A model generated the notes under the pieces. The model saw only the letters and a program-made list of their open reading frames with translations, ran no database searches and was not told where the DNA came from. The translations under genes and the position numbers were made by a program. From positions 1-64,000 of the forward strand of contig JBGGMJ010000211.1 of NCBI GenBank assembly GCA_041288095.1: a DNA stretch of 64,000 bases, in the 5' to 3' direction. Every line of letters starts with the position of its first letter. Within the stretch, counting starts at the first letter, position 1. Below, piece by piece: positions 10,504-19,868 of this stretch. The stretch is from Myxococcota bacterium (GTDB lineage Bacteria > Myxococcota > XYA12-FULL-58-9 > JALHOP01).

Positions 10504-11991
10504 TTACTCGAGGAAAGACTCGTAGACCCGGATATATTGCTTGGCGGTCACGGCCAGCGAAAATCGGTCGAAACTCTCGCGCATGACCCGTTCCAGGACC
10601 CGCCGGCGGGTGTCGAACGGGAGCCGGTGGAACTCGATGGCGCGGAGCATGGCACCTTCCAATGCTTCCGGGCTGAACTCATCGAACACGAAGCCGATGC
10701 CAGTGTCATTGTCGAGGTCGAGCGGCAACACCGTGTCCGACAGGCCGCCGGTAAGGCGCGCTACCGGCAGCGTCCCGTAACGCGGCCCTTCCATTTGCGG
10801 CAGCCCACACGGCTCGTAAAGCGACGGCATGAGCACGAAGTCGCTCCCCGCCTTACCGATCTCGCTCAAGTCCTCACGGAAGTAGCGCTGCGAGATGCGA
10901 CCTTGTGACGCCAGCGCCAACTTCTGGAATTTGCGCTCCATCTCGGGCTCGCCGTTCGCGACGATGGCGATCTGGGCGCCGTGTTGGTCGACGATGCGCT
11001 TCGCTATAGCGAACAAGAGGTCGGGCCCCTTCTGATCGTAGAGGCGCGAGGGCCAGAGGAAGATCGGCGCTTGTGCTTCCTGGCGCAGCCCCATGCGCTC
11101 TTGGAAGAGCACTTTGTTCTGCGACTTCTTCTCCATCACGTCGGTCTCGTCGTACGCGACAATGTGCTTGGCGAGCCGCGGGTCGACGGTGTCGCTCGGT
11201 GCATTCAAGATGCCGAGGGCACGGCCGTTCTCGTCCTTCACGCGAATGGCGGTGCGCACCGACGGGGGCACGATGTTCTGGAATTCGCCGCGCGTGATCT
11301 CGTGCAGGAACGTAGGCGAGACCGTGTTGACGACGTCGGCGGCGTGAATGCCGCTCGCGGTGAAGTCGACCCGGTTGCCGTTCCAATTGTCGCGGTACGC
11401 CTCGGGGAAATTCTCCATGTAGAGGTGCGCCATGAAGCGGCGCACGTCGATGCCCATGCGGTCGATGGCCGACGGCGAATCGTACTCAGTGAAGACGTTG
11501 TGGAGAGTGAAGATGCTCTTGATGCGCTTCTCGCGCGCCGCGGCGGGGACGAGCCCGGTCATCCAATCGTTGCAGTGGACGACGTCGGGCCGCAGCTCGT
11601 CGAGCAGCTGATTGATGATGTAGCGCTGGAAGGCCTCGGCTCGGCGAACGCGTGGGTGCGCGGCGCTGTCTTCGTACACCGCGTGGAGGTTCGAGAAGGC
11701 GCTGTCGGAGACCAGATGCACGCCCTTGCGCTGCAGCAACGGCACGAGCAGGTCGAGCTCGCGCGCTGTGACGTTCGCGAAGTCGCGAAACTTGGCGTCG
11801 TACTTCGGCAGCACGACGTGGAGCTCGAAGCGCTCGTCTTCGTGCAGGTAGCGAATGAGCCCCGCGGAGATGTCGCCGAGACCGCCGCCCTTCGCGCGAA
11901 TCGTGTGCGCCGCGTTGCCCATTCCCTCCGGGAGCTCGGTGATCTCCGGAGTGCAGATGAGGATGCGTGGCCTTTTGCGGCGTCGTTGCAT
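10504..11991 (-). CDS. glgA: Glycogen/starch synthase (GT5)
   Basis: KGGGLGD, HCNDWMTG, FTLHN, TVSPT, PSLYEPCGLPQM, TGGLSDTV. Confidence 0.92.
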   Translation of the reverse strand: MQRRRKRPRILICTPEITELPEGMGNAAHTIRAKGGGLGDISAGLIRYLHEDERFELHVVLPKYDAKFRDFANVTARELDLLVPLLQRKGVHLVSDSAFSNLHAVYEDSAAHPRVRRAEAFQRYIINQLLDELRPDVVHCNDWMTGLVPAAAREKRIKSIFTLHNVFTEYDSPSAIDRMGIDVRRFMAHLYMENFPEAYRDNWNGNRVDFTASGIHAADVVNTVSPTFLHEITRGEFQNIVPPSVRTAIRVKDENGRALGILNAPSDTVDPRLAKHIVAYDETDVMEKKSQNKVLFQERMGLRQEAQAPIFLWPSRLYDQKGPDLLFAIAKRIVDQHGAQIAIVANGEPEMERKFQKLALASQGRISQRYFREDLSEIGKAGSDFVLMPSLYEPCGLPQMEGPRYGTLPVARLTGGLSDTVLPLDLDNDTGIGFVFDEFSPEALEGAMLRAIEFHRLPFDTRRRVLERVMRESFDRFSLAVTAKQYIRVYESFLE

Positions 11992-12061
11992 GGATGTGAG
12001 CGCGGTAGACTAAGGACTACCCTGCCAAAGCGCTCGTAACAACTCCGCGACCGTCGCGGCT

Positions 12062-13648
12062 CTAGCCGGTCATGTTCTCGGCACGCGCGCCCAGGGCCGC
12101 GAGGGTGCCGTCGCCCACATCACCGAGGTTGCGACGCGACGTGGCGCGATTGGTGCTCTCGCGCTCGGTGGCGATCTGCTCCTCGCGGTCTTGCCGCAGG
12201 GCACTGGTACGAACGATTTCAGCGGTTTGAAGCGCCACGGCGCTGCGACCGATGGCGTCTTCGCCGCGCGCGCGACGCCGCGTCGCGTCCGTGACGGTCG
12301 CCACGCCGACGCCGGTCGAGACACCCTCGCTGCTCAGGTTCGAGGAACCTGCATCGACGCGGCGCTCCTGGAGGGCCAGCGTGTAGTTGTGCGGCGTGAC
12401 GGCTTCGACCCGGCGGGTGTGCTCGTTGTAGAAGGTGGCGTTGGCGCGACCCTCGAGCGTGCGCTGGATCGCCTCGCGACCTATCTGGCGGTAGTCGGCG
12501 TGCGGCACCGGCGGGGGATCGGTGCGGAGCCGCTGGATCGCCGCGCGCATCGACTGAATCGCGCGGGCGCGGTCGGCCGCGGGATAAGCGTTGGCCGTCA
12601 CGAGCTGGTTGACGGCGCCGGTCTGCATGCGCTGCAACGCCGCGACGTACTCTTGGGGCGTGAGGTTGGCCGGGAGCTGGCCCGTGGCGATCAAGTTGGT
12701 GATTTCGGTCGCCTGCATCGTGGTGAGCAAGGCGCCTCGTACCGCGCGGTTGACGTCGCGGATGGCATTCACGCTGTCGGTCAGAGTCGCCGTGTTCTTC
12801 CGGATCCAGGTGGCGACTTCCGGTGGCACCAACGCGGGATTCTCGGCGATGCGGTCGATAATTGCCGGGACCATCGCGAGACGGGCCTGGCTGTTCGGAT
12901 AGGCGATGCTGCGCTCGCCCGGAACGTTGTTCGCCGCGGTGACGCCGTTCAGGCGCAAAATCTCGCGCGCCATGAGCTCGTCGGCGGCGCGCGACATGGC
13001 GGCGACATCCATCGGGCGGTCGCCGTACTCACGTGCGAGATCCCTGAAGAAGCGCTCGTGGAGCGTGGCGAGAGCCGGATACTGACGGAGCAAGCGCTCG
13101 CGCGAGTCGCCGACGGTGCGTTTCACAACCTCGACGGCCTGATTGTAGTCGCCCGGAACGATGACCGCGGTGCGCGTGTTCGACTGCAGAAAGAGCCTCT
13201 GGCTCTCGGGCGTCACGTGGGATTGGCCAACGCGCTCTAGCGCGGTGATCGCGCCAGCGTCGGCCGGGGATAGCGGCTCGTCTTGCGCCGCGCTGATGCC
13301 TGCGATGACGGGCGCCAGCGACGAGCAGGCGCCGGCCGTGTTGGCGATGCGGGGCGTTTCGGCGGGGCGTTCGCCACGACGTGGCGGGGTCAGCACGGTC
13401 ACGCCGTTGACGTCGCGGACGCACTGACCAGTGAGGGTTGCCGCCAAGGCCTGGGCGCGGGCGACCTCGGCCGGCTCACGGGTATCGGGGGCGGCGGCCG
13501 GTTGCTCTTCCTGGTCGGGCTTGGCCACGACCGGAACCACGGGCTTGTCGCTGGCGGCGGTGCCGACCTTGGGCGGTTCACGCCGTGGCGGCAACGGGGG
13601 TGCCGGTCGCGCTGTCGCTGGCTGAACTGTGGTTGTGTTGTCCGCCAT
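12062..13648 (-). CDS. Large orphan helical protein (about 528 aa) with Pro-rich N-terminus and sigma-28-like promoter
   Basis: Start MADNTTTVQP at 13648, downstream of promoter 13694-13721; no signal peptide or known domain. Confidence 0.75.
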   Translation of the reverse strand: MADNTTTVQPATARPAPPLPPRREPPKVGTAASDKPVVPVVAKPDQEEQPAAAPDTREPAEVARAQALAATLTGQCVRDVNGVTVLTPPRRGERPAETPRIANTAGACSSLAPVIAGISAAQDEPLSPADAGAITALERVGQSHVTPESQRLFLQSNTRTAVIVPGDYNQAVEVVKRTVGDSRERLLRQYPALATLHERFFRDLAREYGDRPMDVAAMSRAADELMAREILRLNGVTAANNVPGERSIAYPNSQARLAMVPAIIDRIAENPALVPPEVATWIRKNTATLTDSVNAIRDVNRAVRGALLTTMQATEITNLIATGQLPANLTPQEYVAALQRMQTGAVNQLVTANAYPAADRARAIQSMRAAIQRLRTDPPPVPHADYRQIGREAIQRTLEGRANATFYNEHTRRVEAVTPHNYTLALQERRVDAGSSNLSSEGVSTGVGVATVTDATRRRARGEDAIGRSAVALQTAEIVRTSALRQDREEQIATERESTNRATSRRNLGDVGDGTLAALGARAENMTG

Positions 13649-13693
13649 CAGCTCTTGTCCCCCGGGAATCCGGGTAGATCTCCTCAATGTCTA

Positions 13694-13721
13694 TTATCGG
13701 AGTCCGGGACAAATTCGTTGC
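13694..13721 (-). promoter_or_regulatory. sigma-28-like promoter
   Basis: Minus strand GCAA-N16-TCCGATAA. Confidence 0.75.
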
Positions 13722-13807
13722 CAAAAAAATCCTCAGAGATCTGACCTGTTGTCACAACCAGTGGATTTTTTTGGAGATTTGCCGATGCTCTGGCGTCACT
13801 TTTTCAG

Positions 13808-13835
13808 GCAACGATCATGACAACACTGCCGATAC
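13808..13835 (+). promoter_or_regulatory. sigma-28-like promoter
   Basis: GCAA-N16-GCCGATAC; implies the true start is ATG 13859 rather than 13817. Confidence 0.75.
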
Positions 13836-13858
13836 TCATATCCGATGCGGGGAAATCT

Positions 13859-14437
13859 ATGATTGCTCCCTCGGGTCGCGCACTCGCCGGTTTAGGCACC
13901 TACCCCTCCCCAGTGGACCGTCTCGATGCCTCGCATCGAGCGAGCTGGCAGGACTTGGTGCAGCAACCGATCACAGACACCGAGCTCGCGGCCGCCGAGA
14001 GCTATCTACAGAGCGTGCGCCGCTGGGGCACCGAGGTTGGTCCTGGTGACCCCGAGGTCCAGGCACGCATCGCCCAAGCCGGCTTCTATCGCGCGGCCGT
14101 CCAAGAAGCCTACGGCCGCATCCAGGTCACCAACGCCATTCGCGACAACCGTCCCGAGCTGGTCGGCGCCTTCTTGCGTCGCAACTTCGACCGGGAAGCG
14201 GTCGCTAGCGCCCTCAACTGGGGTGGTTCGGGCATCAACCGCATGGTCAACGGCATGGATGTCAGCAGCCGTCGCGCCATGGCCGAGGTCCTCGCCCAGT
14301 CGCCGCGGATGTCCTCCATCAACACCCTGAGCGTTTCGCAGCTCCGCGCGACCCTGCCCAGCCCGGCTGACCGCATGGCCTTCGATCAACGTTATCCCGC
14401 GCGGCAAGACCTGCTGGGCGCGACGGTGATGGTCTAA
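13859..14437 (+). CDS. Orphan hypothetical protein (192 aa)
   Basis: ORF between the promoter and tRNA-Val; GGGGA upstream of ATG 13859; no known domain. Confidence 0.7.
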   Translation: MIAPSGRALAGLGTYPSPVDRLDASHRASWQDLVQQPITDTELAAAESYLQSVRRWGTEVGPGDPEVQARIAQAGFYRAAVQEAYGRIQVTNAIRDNRPELVGAFLRRNFDREAVASALNWGGSGINRMVNGMDVSSRRAMAEVLAQSPRMSSINTLSVSQLRATLPSPADRMAFDQRYPARQDLLGATVMV

Positions 14438-14451
14438 GCGGCGGCGAAAGA

Positions 14452-14526
14452 TGGTGCGCGGTGCAGGATTTGAACCTGCGACTTCCACCGTGTGAAGGTG
14501 GCACTCTACCGCTGAGTTAACCGCGC
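14452..14526 (-). tRNA. tRNA-Val (CAC)
   Basis: GCGCGGT/ACCGCGC acceptor stem, D arm ACTC..GAGT, anticodon arm CCACC-TTCACAC-GGTGG, T loop TTCAAAT, encoded CCA; 75 nt. Confidence 0.97.
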
Positions 14527-14606
14527 ACTAAGAACTGCCTGAAGGGCGCCGGATATCGCAGAGCGCCCCTTTTCAGGTCAAGAGGGTTCGGAAGCGTTTT
14601 TCGCGG

Positions 14607-15503
14607 CTACTCGACGATGCCGGCGGCGCGATCGCGCTCAGCGTTCCATGCGGCCCAGTCGTCCCCGGCCATGGCGAACGACTCGACGGGGCTCATCTCG
14701 CCCGCCTTGGTCACACGGACCTGCTGCATGGCGCCGGCCACCAGCTCGGTCCATTGCTTCTGGCTGACCTCGGACGGCCCGGGTACCTGGACGCGCTTGG
14801 CCTTGGTGTGGCCGGCCTTGGCGTAGATGGGTGCGTTCGAGACCAGTACCTGTCCGCTATAGACGCGCACGGTGGTGTCGCCGGTGGCGCTCTTCTCCGC
14901 CGCGAAGCGCGTGCCACGCACACCTGCGACCGCGTTTTCGGTGGCGACCTGGAAGCTCGAGTCGGTGCCGAACAGCTTGGTGACCGAGGCCCAGACGCGT
15001 CCGAAGGTGAGCGAGATCTTCACCTTCTTGGTGCCGCTGTCACCCTTGGCGAACTTGGCTTCCTCGAGCTTGAGCTCGGAGCCCGGGGCCAACCGCAGGA
15101 GGGACCCATCGGTGAGCTTCGCCTCGAGCTTCGCGCCCTGCGCGGTCTTCAATCGGTCACCGTCGTAGAGCGCCGAGCCGACCGCTAAAGCAGACCCACC
15201 GCTGCCGCGCGTCACCGTCGCGTCGCCTTCGAGAAACGCGACGCTCCCCGCCTGCTTCTTGTCGGCGGCATGGGCGCTGAACACGGCGAGCGTTACGAAG
15301 AAGCCGACCAGCGCCGCGATGCCGAGCGCCACGAGCGCCACGACCAGTGGGTGGCGGCCACCGCGCGCGCCCTTGGGCCGTGGGCGGTTGAAGCTGGATA
15401 GATCAGACTGCTGCTGCGGCATCGTGAAGCCGTCGTCGGTGGACAGCGGCTCGGTCGACCGGCGGCGCAATGTCGGCGTGCCGACGATAGGGGTGTCCTT
15501 CAT
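14607..15503 (-). CDS. FecR-domain membrane protein
   Basis: TM helix followed by GDRLKT..DGSLLRLAPGSEL..VATENAVAGVRGTRF..VRVYSGQV. Confidence 0.85.
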   Translation of the reverse strand: MKDTPIVGTPTLRRRSTEPLSTDDGFTMPQQQSDLSSFNRPRPKGARGGRHPLVVALVALGIAALVGFFVTLAVFSAHAADKKQAGSVAFLEGDATVTRGSGGSALAVGSALYDGDRLKTAQGAKLEAKLTDGSLLRLAPGSELKLEEAKFAKGDSGTKKVKISLTFGRVWASVTKLFGTDSSFQVATENAVAGVRGTRFAAEKSATGDTTVRVYSGQVLVSNAPIYAKAGHTKAKRVQVPGPSEVSQKQWTELVAGAMQQVRVTKAGEMSPVESFAMAGDDWAAWNAERDRAAGIVE

Positions 15504-15533
15504 GGCGTACTCGTGGCCTTTCGGATCGTTTGA

Positions 15534-16736
15534 CTACTTGAGGGCCGCGGTCACCGAGTTCGCGGTGACCTCCTGCACGTCGACCGCGAAACCGGGGAAG
15601 GTCTTGGTCTCGAGCTCGTCGGCGAGATCTTGCGCCGAGCCCTTGAGCTCGACCTCGAGCTCCGCCGCCTTGTTCTTGAACGAGAGCTGGCGGACCTCTT
15701 GGACACCACGGACCTGCTCGCGCAGGACCTGAGCGATGCTGCGCAGATTCTTCGACTGCTTCACGTTGGTGAGGTTGAGCGTGATGGTCGCGGGGCCGCT
15801 GACCTCTTGCGACCACTGCGCCATGATCTTTTCGAGCAGCTCGTCGGCGCTCTTCTCGGCCGCTTTCTTCAAAGCCAGGGTACCGCCGGTCGTCGGGTCG
15901 ACGTGGCCCACCGCTTCACTGCGGGTCGCGGTCGCGAGGATGCGGCCGGTGTCGAGGGAAAGAGCGCGCAGCGAGATGTTCGCGCGCGCCGAGTGCATCT
16001 GCGTGCCCATGATGGTGCCGACGTCGGTGGCGACTGCCTTGCCGACGATGACCACTTCGGCGCCGCTCTTGCCGGCGAACTCCTTGATGGCGTCGTTGGT
16101 CGGCTCGGCGCTCGTGGTCGCCGGACCCGCGGAGATCTTGCCCTGGAGAGCCTGGCGGTCGACGAAGCGCACGCCCTTCTTCATCCAGTGATCCATGAAG
16201 GTGTTCTCGGCGGCGTCGAGGTTGGTCGAGAAGGTCTTGTTGCCCCACCAGAAGTTGGCGTCGCCCTGGCCGATGTTCTGCTCGGCGATCATGATGAGCA
16301 TGCGCGGCATGTTCTTGGCGCGCAGCACGTGCATGATGCCGTCGACGTCGTTCTTCAGGTTGCCGGACGACACCTCGGCATCGACGCCGACGATGTACAC
16401 GCCCTGGTCCTGCTTCTCGCTCGTGATCTTGTAGTTGCGCACGTAGCCGCGCGCCTTGCTGAAGACCTTGTCGGAGAGCAGCTGGAAGTTCTGGGTCACC
16501 GTTTCGCTGGTGATCATGGTGCCGACGGATTGCTCGACGGCCTTGCGCAGAGCGTCGTCGACCGCCTTGTCACGGGCATTGGCGACGTCGGTGCCGATCA
16601 CCGCTGCTTGACCAATGGAGCTGACGCGCTGGGGGGCGTCTGCCTTGGAAGCTACTTCGGCGGAGGCTTCCGCCATGAAACCGACGAGCACGGCAGCCAT
16701 GACAAAGGCCCGTGCCGACCACTTCGTTGCGCTCAT
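15534..16736 (-). CDS. Exported protein with FlgT N-terminal-like domain
   Basis: Signal peptide; ARDKAVDDALRKAVEQSVG..SET....L..D.V.S...GYV pattern. Confidence 0.75.
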   Translation of the reverse strand: MSATKWSARAFVMAAVLVGFMAEASAEVASKADAPQRVSSIGQAAVIGTDVANARDKAVDDALRKAVEQSVGTMITSETVTQNFQLLSDKVFSKARGYVRNYKITSEKQDQGVYIVGVDAEVSSGNLKNDVDGIMHVLRAKNMPRMLIMIAEQNIGQGDANFWWGNKTFSTNLDAAENTFMDHWMKKGVRFVDRQALQGKISAGPATTSAEPTNDAIKEFAGKSGAEVVIVGKAVATDVGTIMGTQMHSARANISLRALSLDTGRILATATRSEAVGHVDPTTGGTLALKKAAEKSADELLEKIMAQWSQEVSGPATITLNLTNVKQSKNLRSIAQVLREQVRGVQEVRQLSFKNKAAELEVELKGSAQDLADELETKTFPGFAVDVQEVTANSVTAALK

Positions 16737-16779
16737 CCGTCCTGCCTCCAAGTGTACTGTGTAGCGTTCGTCGTACTGG

Positions 16780-17607
16780 TTAGTCGGTGACGATGATCAC
16801 CTTGCCGAGACCCAACACGCTCTTGGCGCTCGCGAGCTTCACGGCGTCGTCGGCGCTGACCACGACATCGGCGCTGCCAGCCTGTGACAGGCGGACGCCC
16901 TTCACCACCAACGGCTTGCCGGAGACGCGCGTGTCACGCGTCGCTTGCTCGAGCGACTTGCTGTAGCTCGCGACGCCACGCTGCACGAGCGCGTCTTTGC
17001 CGACCATCGCCGCGCCGTAGAGCTCCTTGCCGCTCTCGTCCACGAGGCGCGGCGCGAGCGCCGGGGCGACCTTCAGGCCCTTGGCATTGACGATGACGCC
17101 GGAGGGACCGGCGCTCGACTCGGCCGGAGTGGGAGCCGGGGCGGTCGCGGTGCCTGTCGGCAACAGAGCCTCGGCGAGCACGCCGTCCATCGGCACCTGG
17201 ACGATGACGTCGACGCCGCCGTCCGAGTAGTACTTGGTGTCGACCACCTTGAAGTTGCGGACGACGCCTTCGACCTTGGCTTTGACCTCGGGCGAGGTGT
17301 CCATCGCCGCGCCGGCCGATTGACCGCCGCTGATGCGCACGCCCTTCACCGCCTCGAGGATGTTGCGCAGGGCGTCCGCTTTAGCGGCACGCTCGGCGCC
17401 CAGTCGCGCCACCGCGACATTGGCGGCCTTGAGGTCGGGTGCCCCGCTGCCGGTGGCCGTGATGGTCTTGTTCGTCCAGTCGATCTGGCCATGCCCCACA
17501 GTCTGCGCGACGGCGTCCTTGGCGGGCTCGGCGGCGATTGCCGAGATGGGCGCCAGGGTGAGGGTCATGCTGAGGATTGCAGCTTCGATGACAGAGCGTG
17601 GGTGCAC
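16780..17607 (-). CDS. LPP20-family-like exported protein
   Basis: GTG 17607 with AAGGAG RBS; IDWTNKTITATGSG..AERAAKADALRNILE, GVIVNAKGL..ALAPRL. Confidence 0.7.
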   Translation of the reverse strand: MHPRSVIEAAILSMTLTLAPISAIAAEPAKDAVAQTVGHGQIDWTNKTITATGSGAPDLKAANVAVARLGAERAAKADALRNILEAVKGVRISGGQSAGAAMDTSPEVKAKVEGVVRNFKVVDTKYYSDGGVDVIVQVPMDGVLAEALLPTGTATAPAPTPAESSAGPSGVIVNAKGLKVAPALAPRLVDESGKELYGAAMVGKDALVQRGVASYSKSLEQATRDTRVSGKPLVVKGVRLSQAGSADVVVSADDAVKLASAKSVLGLGKVIIVTD

Positions 17608-17840
17608 CGCGAGCTCCTTACCAACTACGTAGACGGCTTGACCGGAGTTGAGCTTCAACTAGGTTCAGGGTGCGCGCAACAAGAACGTGATGCGGTTGGT
17701 GCGATTGTTGCGTTGGTTTGTGATCCCTCTCACGAAGTGGCCTGTGGATTGTGCGCGCGGTCACGTGTGGGATGATCTTTTTCGCGCTGGGGTGTCGGAA
17801 TCACCGTCGCTCGAACGTCATCCCAACTGAGGAGATGACC

Positions 17841-18251
17841 ATGGAGAAACCATCCCAGATGCCCGAGGTGCGCGGCGGTATCGTCCCGTATCTCATCGTC
17901 GAGAACGCGGCCGCGGCCGCCCAGTTCTACGAGAAAGCCTTCGGCGCGGAGGTCGTCGCGCACATGGATCCGGACGCCAAGGGCCGAACGATGCACTTGC
18001 ACCTCTACATCAACGGCGGCTCGCTCATGCTCTGCGATCCTTTTCCGGAGCACGGCGCCGGCTTCGTGCCGCATCACCGCGGCGTGAACCTTCTGCTGCG
18101 CGTCAAGAACATCCAGGCGGCGTGGCAGCGCGCGGTCGATGCCGGCGCCAGGGTCATGTCGCCGTTGCAGCGCATGTTCTGGGGCGACGACTACGGCGAG
18201 CTGCGCGACCCCTTCGGCGTGAGCTGGTCAATGGCGGAGACTCCGAAGTAA
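17841..18251 (+). CDS. VOC/glyoxalase (PhnB-like) protein
   Basis: IVPYLIV..AAQFYEKAFGA, FWGDDYGELRDPFGVSW; GAGGAG RBS. Confidence 0.9.
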   Translation: MEKPSQMPEVRGGIVPYLIVENAAAAAQFYEKAFGAEVVAHMDPDAKGRTMHLHLYINGGSLMLCDPFPEHGAGFVPHHRGVNLLLRVKNIQAAWQRAVDAGARVMSPLQRMFWGDDYGELRDPFGVSWSMAETPK

Positions 18252-18261
18252 GGGGCGCGTC

Positions 18262-18633
18262 ATGCTCTACGCAATTCTTTGTTATCACTCGGAAGACATC
18301 ACGACGTCCTGGACCAAAGAGCAGGACGACGCGGTGCTCGCGCGCCTCAAGGTCGTCGAAGACAAGCTGGCCGCCGAGGGTCGCATGGGGCCGGTGGTGC
18401 GTCTGCTGCCGACGACCGCGGCCACGACGTTACGCAAGACCAAGCCCGAGCCTCTGGTCATCGACGGACCGTTCGCCGAGACCAAGGAGCAGCTGCTCGG
18501 CTTCTACATGGTCGAGTGCCGTGACCTCGAACAGGCTTTGGATACGGCGCGCGAGCTCGCCAAGGCCAACGACACGGGCGGCGCCTACGAGGTTCGCCCG
18601 GTGGGAATTTTCAGGCCGGGATCTCCTAGATGA
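18262..18633 (+). CDS. YciI/DGPF-domain protein
   Basis: VIDGPFAETKEQLLGFY, EVRPV. Confidence 0.92.
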   Translation: MLYAILCYHSEDITTSWTKEQDDAVLARLKVVEDKLAAEGRMGPVVRLLPTTAATTLRKTKPEPLVIDGPFAETKEQLLGFYMVECRDLEQALDTARELAKANDTGGAYEVRPVGIFRPGSPR

Positions 18634-19862
18634 CGGATGTGTCGTGGATAGAGCAGACGCTCGGCGGAGCCCGGCCCCAGGCCGTCGCCGCGCTGCTGCG
18701 CTACTTTCACGACTTGGACGTCGCCGAGGAAGCGTTCCAAGAAGCGTCGCTGCGCGCTCTGCGCAACTGGGCGCGGAACGGCACGCCGCGCGACCCGGTC
18801 GGGTGGCTCGTCATGGTCGGCCGCAACGCCGGCATCGATGCGACCCGCCGGGTAAAGCGCGAGCGACCCCTCGAGGACCCCTCGGTGCTGTCAACCGAAG
18901 AAGACAGCGAGTCCGTCATGGCAGACACGCTCGACGCAGCCGACTACCGCGACGACGTCCTTCGTTTGTTGTTCATCTGTTGCCATCCCGAGCTGCCGGC
19001 GACCCAGCAGATCGCTCTGGCTCTGCGCATCGTGCTCGGCTTGTCGGTGCCGCGCATCGCGCGGGCATTCCTGGTGAGCGAGAGCGCGATGGAGCAGCGC
19101 ATCACGCGGGCGAAGGCGCGCATCGGCGGCGCGGGTGTCCCCTTTCAGCCGCCGACCGCCGTCGAGCGCGCCGAGCGTCTCGCCGCCGTTGCCTCGATGG
19201 TCTACTTGCTCTTCAACGAAGGCTATTCGTCGCCGAACGGAGACGACGAGCGCGCATCGTTGTGCGACGACGCCATTCGCCTCGCGCGTCTGCTCTTGCG
19301 CCTCTTCCACACCGACCCCGAGCTCATGGGCCTCACTGCCCTGCTGCTCTTGCAACACTCCCGCGTCGACGCTCGACGCGCCGCGGACGGCAGCGTCATC
19401 CTGCTCGAGGAGCAAGACCGCTCGCGCTGGAATCCGCGGATGATCAACGAGGGTCTGGCGCTCATCGACAAGGCTTTCCGGCACGGCACCCTCGGCCCCT
19501 ATCAACTGCAGGCGGCCATCGCGGCGGTGCATGCGCGCGCCAAGACGCCCGCTGAAACGGACTGGCGGCGGATGGAGGCGCTCTATGCCCTACTCGAGCG
19601 CGAGATGCCGTCGCCGGTGGTGACGCTCAATCGCGCGGTGGCGGTCGGAAAGGTGCAGGGCGCGGAAGCGGCGCTGACGCTGGTCGAAACGCTCGCCGAA
19701 CGTTTGGACGGCTACTTTCACTTCCATGGGGTGCGGGGGCATTTCTTGAAGCAGCTCGGCCGAGCCCGTGAGGCCCGCGAAGCTTTCACGCGCGCGATTG
19801 CGCTTGCGGGCTCGCCCGCCGAGGCGGCGCACATCCGCGGGCTGCTCGATAGCCTCGCCTGA
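18630..19862 (+). CDS. ECF sigma factor with C-terminal extension (ECF42-type)
   Basis: AEEAFQEA, LRLLFICCHPEL, YLLFNEGY, LEEQDRSRW, GPYQLQAAIAAVH; next to a DGPF gene as is typical for ECF42. Confidence 0.92.
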   Translation: MTDVSWIEQTLGGARPQAVAALLRYFHDLDVAEEAFQEASLRALRNWARNGTPRDPVGWLVMVGRNAGIDATRRVKRERPLEDPSVLSTEEDSESVMADTLDAADYRDDVLRLLFICCHPELPATQQIALALRIVLGLSVPRIARAFLVSESAMEQRITRAKARIGGAGVPFQPPTAVERAERLAAVASMVYLLFNEGYSSPNGDDERASLCDDAIRLARLLLRLFHTDPELMGLTALLLLQHSRVDARRAADGSVILLEEQDRSRWNPRMINEGLALIDKAFRHGTLGPYQLQAAIAAVHARAKTPAETDWRRMEALYALLEREMPSPVVTLNRAVAVGKVQGAEAALTLVETLAERLDGYFHFHGVRGHFLKQLGRAREAREAFTRAIALAGSPAEAAHIRGLLDSLA

Positions 19863-19868
19863 GCAGCG

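Noticed and set aside
12062..14526. Genomic island integrated at the tRNA-Val 3' end
   Set aside because: No integrase and no duplicated tRNA 3' fragment seen; the orphans have near-genomic codon usage
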